Assembly (NCBI GenBank): GCA_002269645.1
Contig: NIVC01004342.1
Span: 1-49,482 of the forward strand
Length of the DNA stretch: 49,482 nt
Source of the DNA: Macrostomum lignano
Taxonomy: Eukaryota
Direction of reading: 5' to 3'
A program made the position numbers and the translations under genes. How positions within the stretch are numbered: position 1 is the first letter of the stretch; the number at the start of each line of letters is the position of its first letter. Positions 48,301 to 49,482 of this stretch are shown one piece after another. Under the pieces are notes generated by a model that was given only the letters and a program-made list of their open reading frames with translations, was not told where the DNA came from and did not search any database.

Positions 48301-48698
48301 AGTGCTAAAAAGCTCAGCAAGAAGCCACTGGGTAATGTCCCCAGCTATTTTCCCAGGCACAGACAGAAAAGACAAATGCTAATAAATTAATAATAATAAT
48401 AATAATAATAATAATTAATAATAATAGACAAATGCATTACCAAGAGCAGAATTGACTATCAGGGAAGCGGCCAGTGCCAGGTGGCTGGCATAGGTGGCGA
48501 TCATGATTGGCACAAAGCTTGCCAGCATGCATTTCTTAGGCCAGACAGCAGTGCAGACTCCCAACAGGCCAGCCAGTCCAAGGCAGCCGTGCCAGGCCAA
48601 TGCACACATACTTGGCTATAGCTGGCACTCTCTTTGCTGAATGGTGGTTCAGCCAGCACCACATAGATTGCTGCACCACACAGGCCACTGCTGATTAC
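45303..48698 (-). CDS. Tetraspanin (5 exons seen; first exon not found; TM1-TM3 exon frameshifted)
   Basis: Exons ~48698-48441, 47428-47330, 47242-47084, 46736-46653 and 45446-45303. The last four join in phase 0: ...MDILHKR|FYCCGGQSY...IPWSCC...TEC...YDR|GC...GLFVSVGLTALE|LLTIVMSLCICC...ETRL*. CCG, PxSCC and GC motifs give a 6-Cys EC2. Confidence 0.92.
45551..45945. repeat. ~145-bp tandem triplication in the last tetraspanin intron
   Basis: CCGCAC(A/G)AAAC at ~45601, 45741 and 45888; CCTCCATTTAATTGCCTTTCTCGGTGTT occurs three times. Confidence 0.92.
46322..46567 (-). mobile_element. tRNA-derived CORE-type SINE, family A copy 2
   Basis: Colinear with 19038-19271 and ends at the same 3' boundary (GCGCAATAGCTG). 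Confidence 0.8.
46884..47056 (+). mobile_element. SINE family B, 5'-truncated fragment in a tetraspanin intron
   Basis: TGAGGGCCAACCCCAAGGC, AGTGTACATG, GCTGTACAC, GCCTGCGTAC, GCGCGCTTGT and CAATGTC are colinear with the 30.6-30.9 kb copy. Confidence 0.7.
47575..48300. repeat. 30-bp intronic tandem repeat, ~24 units
   Basis: Unit ATTGGCATCTCAGCAACT(T/C)CACC(C/T)GTGAGC. Confidence 0.97.
48385..48426. repeat. (AAT)n microsatellite
   Basis: Directly visible, just downstream of the tetraspanin splice donor. Confidence 0.9.
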
Positions 48699-49482
48699 CT
48701 ATGAATAGAGGTTAGGTTTAACAAATTAAAACCAATGATATTAAAGCAAATAAAAAACATAATTTCATTTTTAATTATGCTCATGTATGTAAAATTATTT
48801 TACTATACAAGAATTTGTACTTATTATATTATATTTCCAATTTTTCTATGGGTTTCTACGACTTTTTATATAATATACTAAAAAAAAAATATAGAAATCA
48901 TTAAAATAAAAAATATTAGATTTTTTATAATATAAAGTATAATATATAAATAGGTAGATAAAAATTTATTAAAAATAAACTATTTAAAAGTTAAAAATTA
49001 AAATGAAATGTTATATTTTGCATGACTATGAGGTATCTTAATTACAAACTAATTGCATAATCTATATTCTAGCCTTTGACTTTTGCCAAAAATTTTATAG
49101 ATTAGTTACAAAACTATAAAATATAACCAAATATTAGGCATTTATCAATTTTTAAAAAAATTTATTTTTATTTTTATAATTTATATTTGAAGATTACTGT
49201 TTAATTAGCAACAGTTCCTAAGTCACTAAAATCTTTATAAATGTGTTGCAAATTTTTTGTAAAGAAAACATCAGAAAAAAGAAAATAATAATTTTGAACT
49301 TTTATTTATTATATTAACTAGAAATGGCTAAAAATTGTAAATGGAAAAAAAAAAAAAAACAAACTATTAAACAAATAAGTTTTTGTTTTTATGCAAATTA
49401 TTTAGTAGCAAAATAACATTTCATATTATAAAAATGAGTTAAAGTATAAACAAAAACTTAAATTTGTATACAAATTATTAAA

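Overview
Eukaryotic (animal) genomic DNA: GT-AG introns, GC-rich exons, AT-rich spacers and dense tandem repeats. The composition suggests a Macrostomum-type free-living flatworm (inference only). Plus-strand genes: an IAH1-like SGNH esterase with a 1-nt frameshift; three tandem intronless KIF3A-like kinesin-2 genes (two full-length, one truncated with degenerate switch I/II); a five-exon protein with two cyclic-nucleotide-binding domains (CNBD2-like); a single-exon hyper-acidic orphan protein; and two exons of a Lys/Ala/Ser-rich low-complexity protein. Minus-strand genes: a four-exon secreted precursor built from duplicated phase-0 exons, with acidic spacers, KR-SPAP processing motifs and Arg-rich amphipathic segments (candidate antimicrobial/effector peptide system); and a tetraspanin mostly missed by the ORF track. 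Also present: two tRNA-derived SINE families, MITE-like inverted-repeat elements, about 18 tandem arrays and three strongly CpG-depleted blocks. Top candidates for novelty: the modular cationic-peptide precursor (41.0-42.7 kb) and the mosaic KIF3A cluster with a putative pseudo-motor (2.6-10.1 kb). No database searches were run, and family calls rest on recalled motifs. Frameshifts in homopolymers suggest long-read consensus errors.
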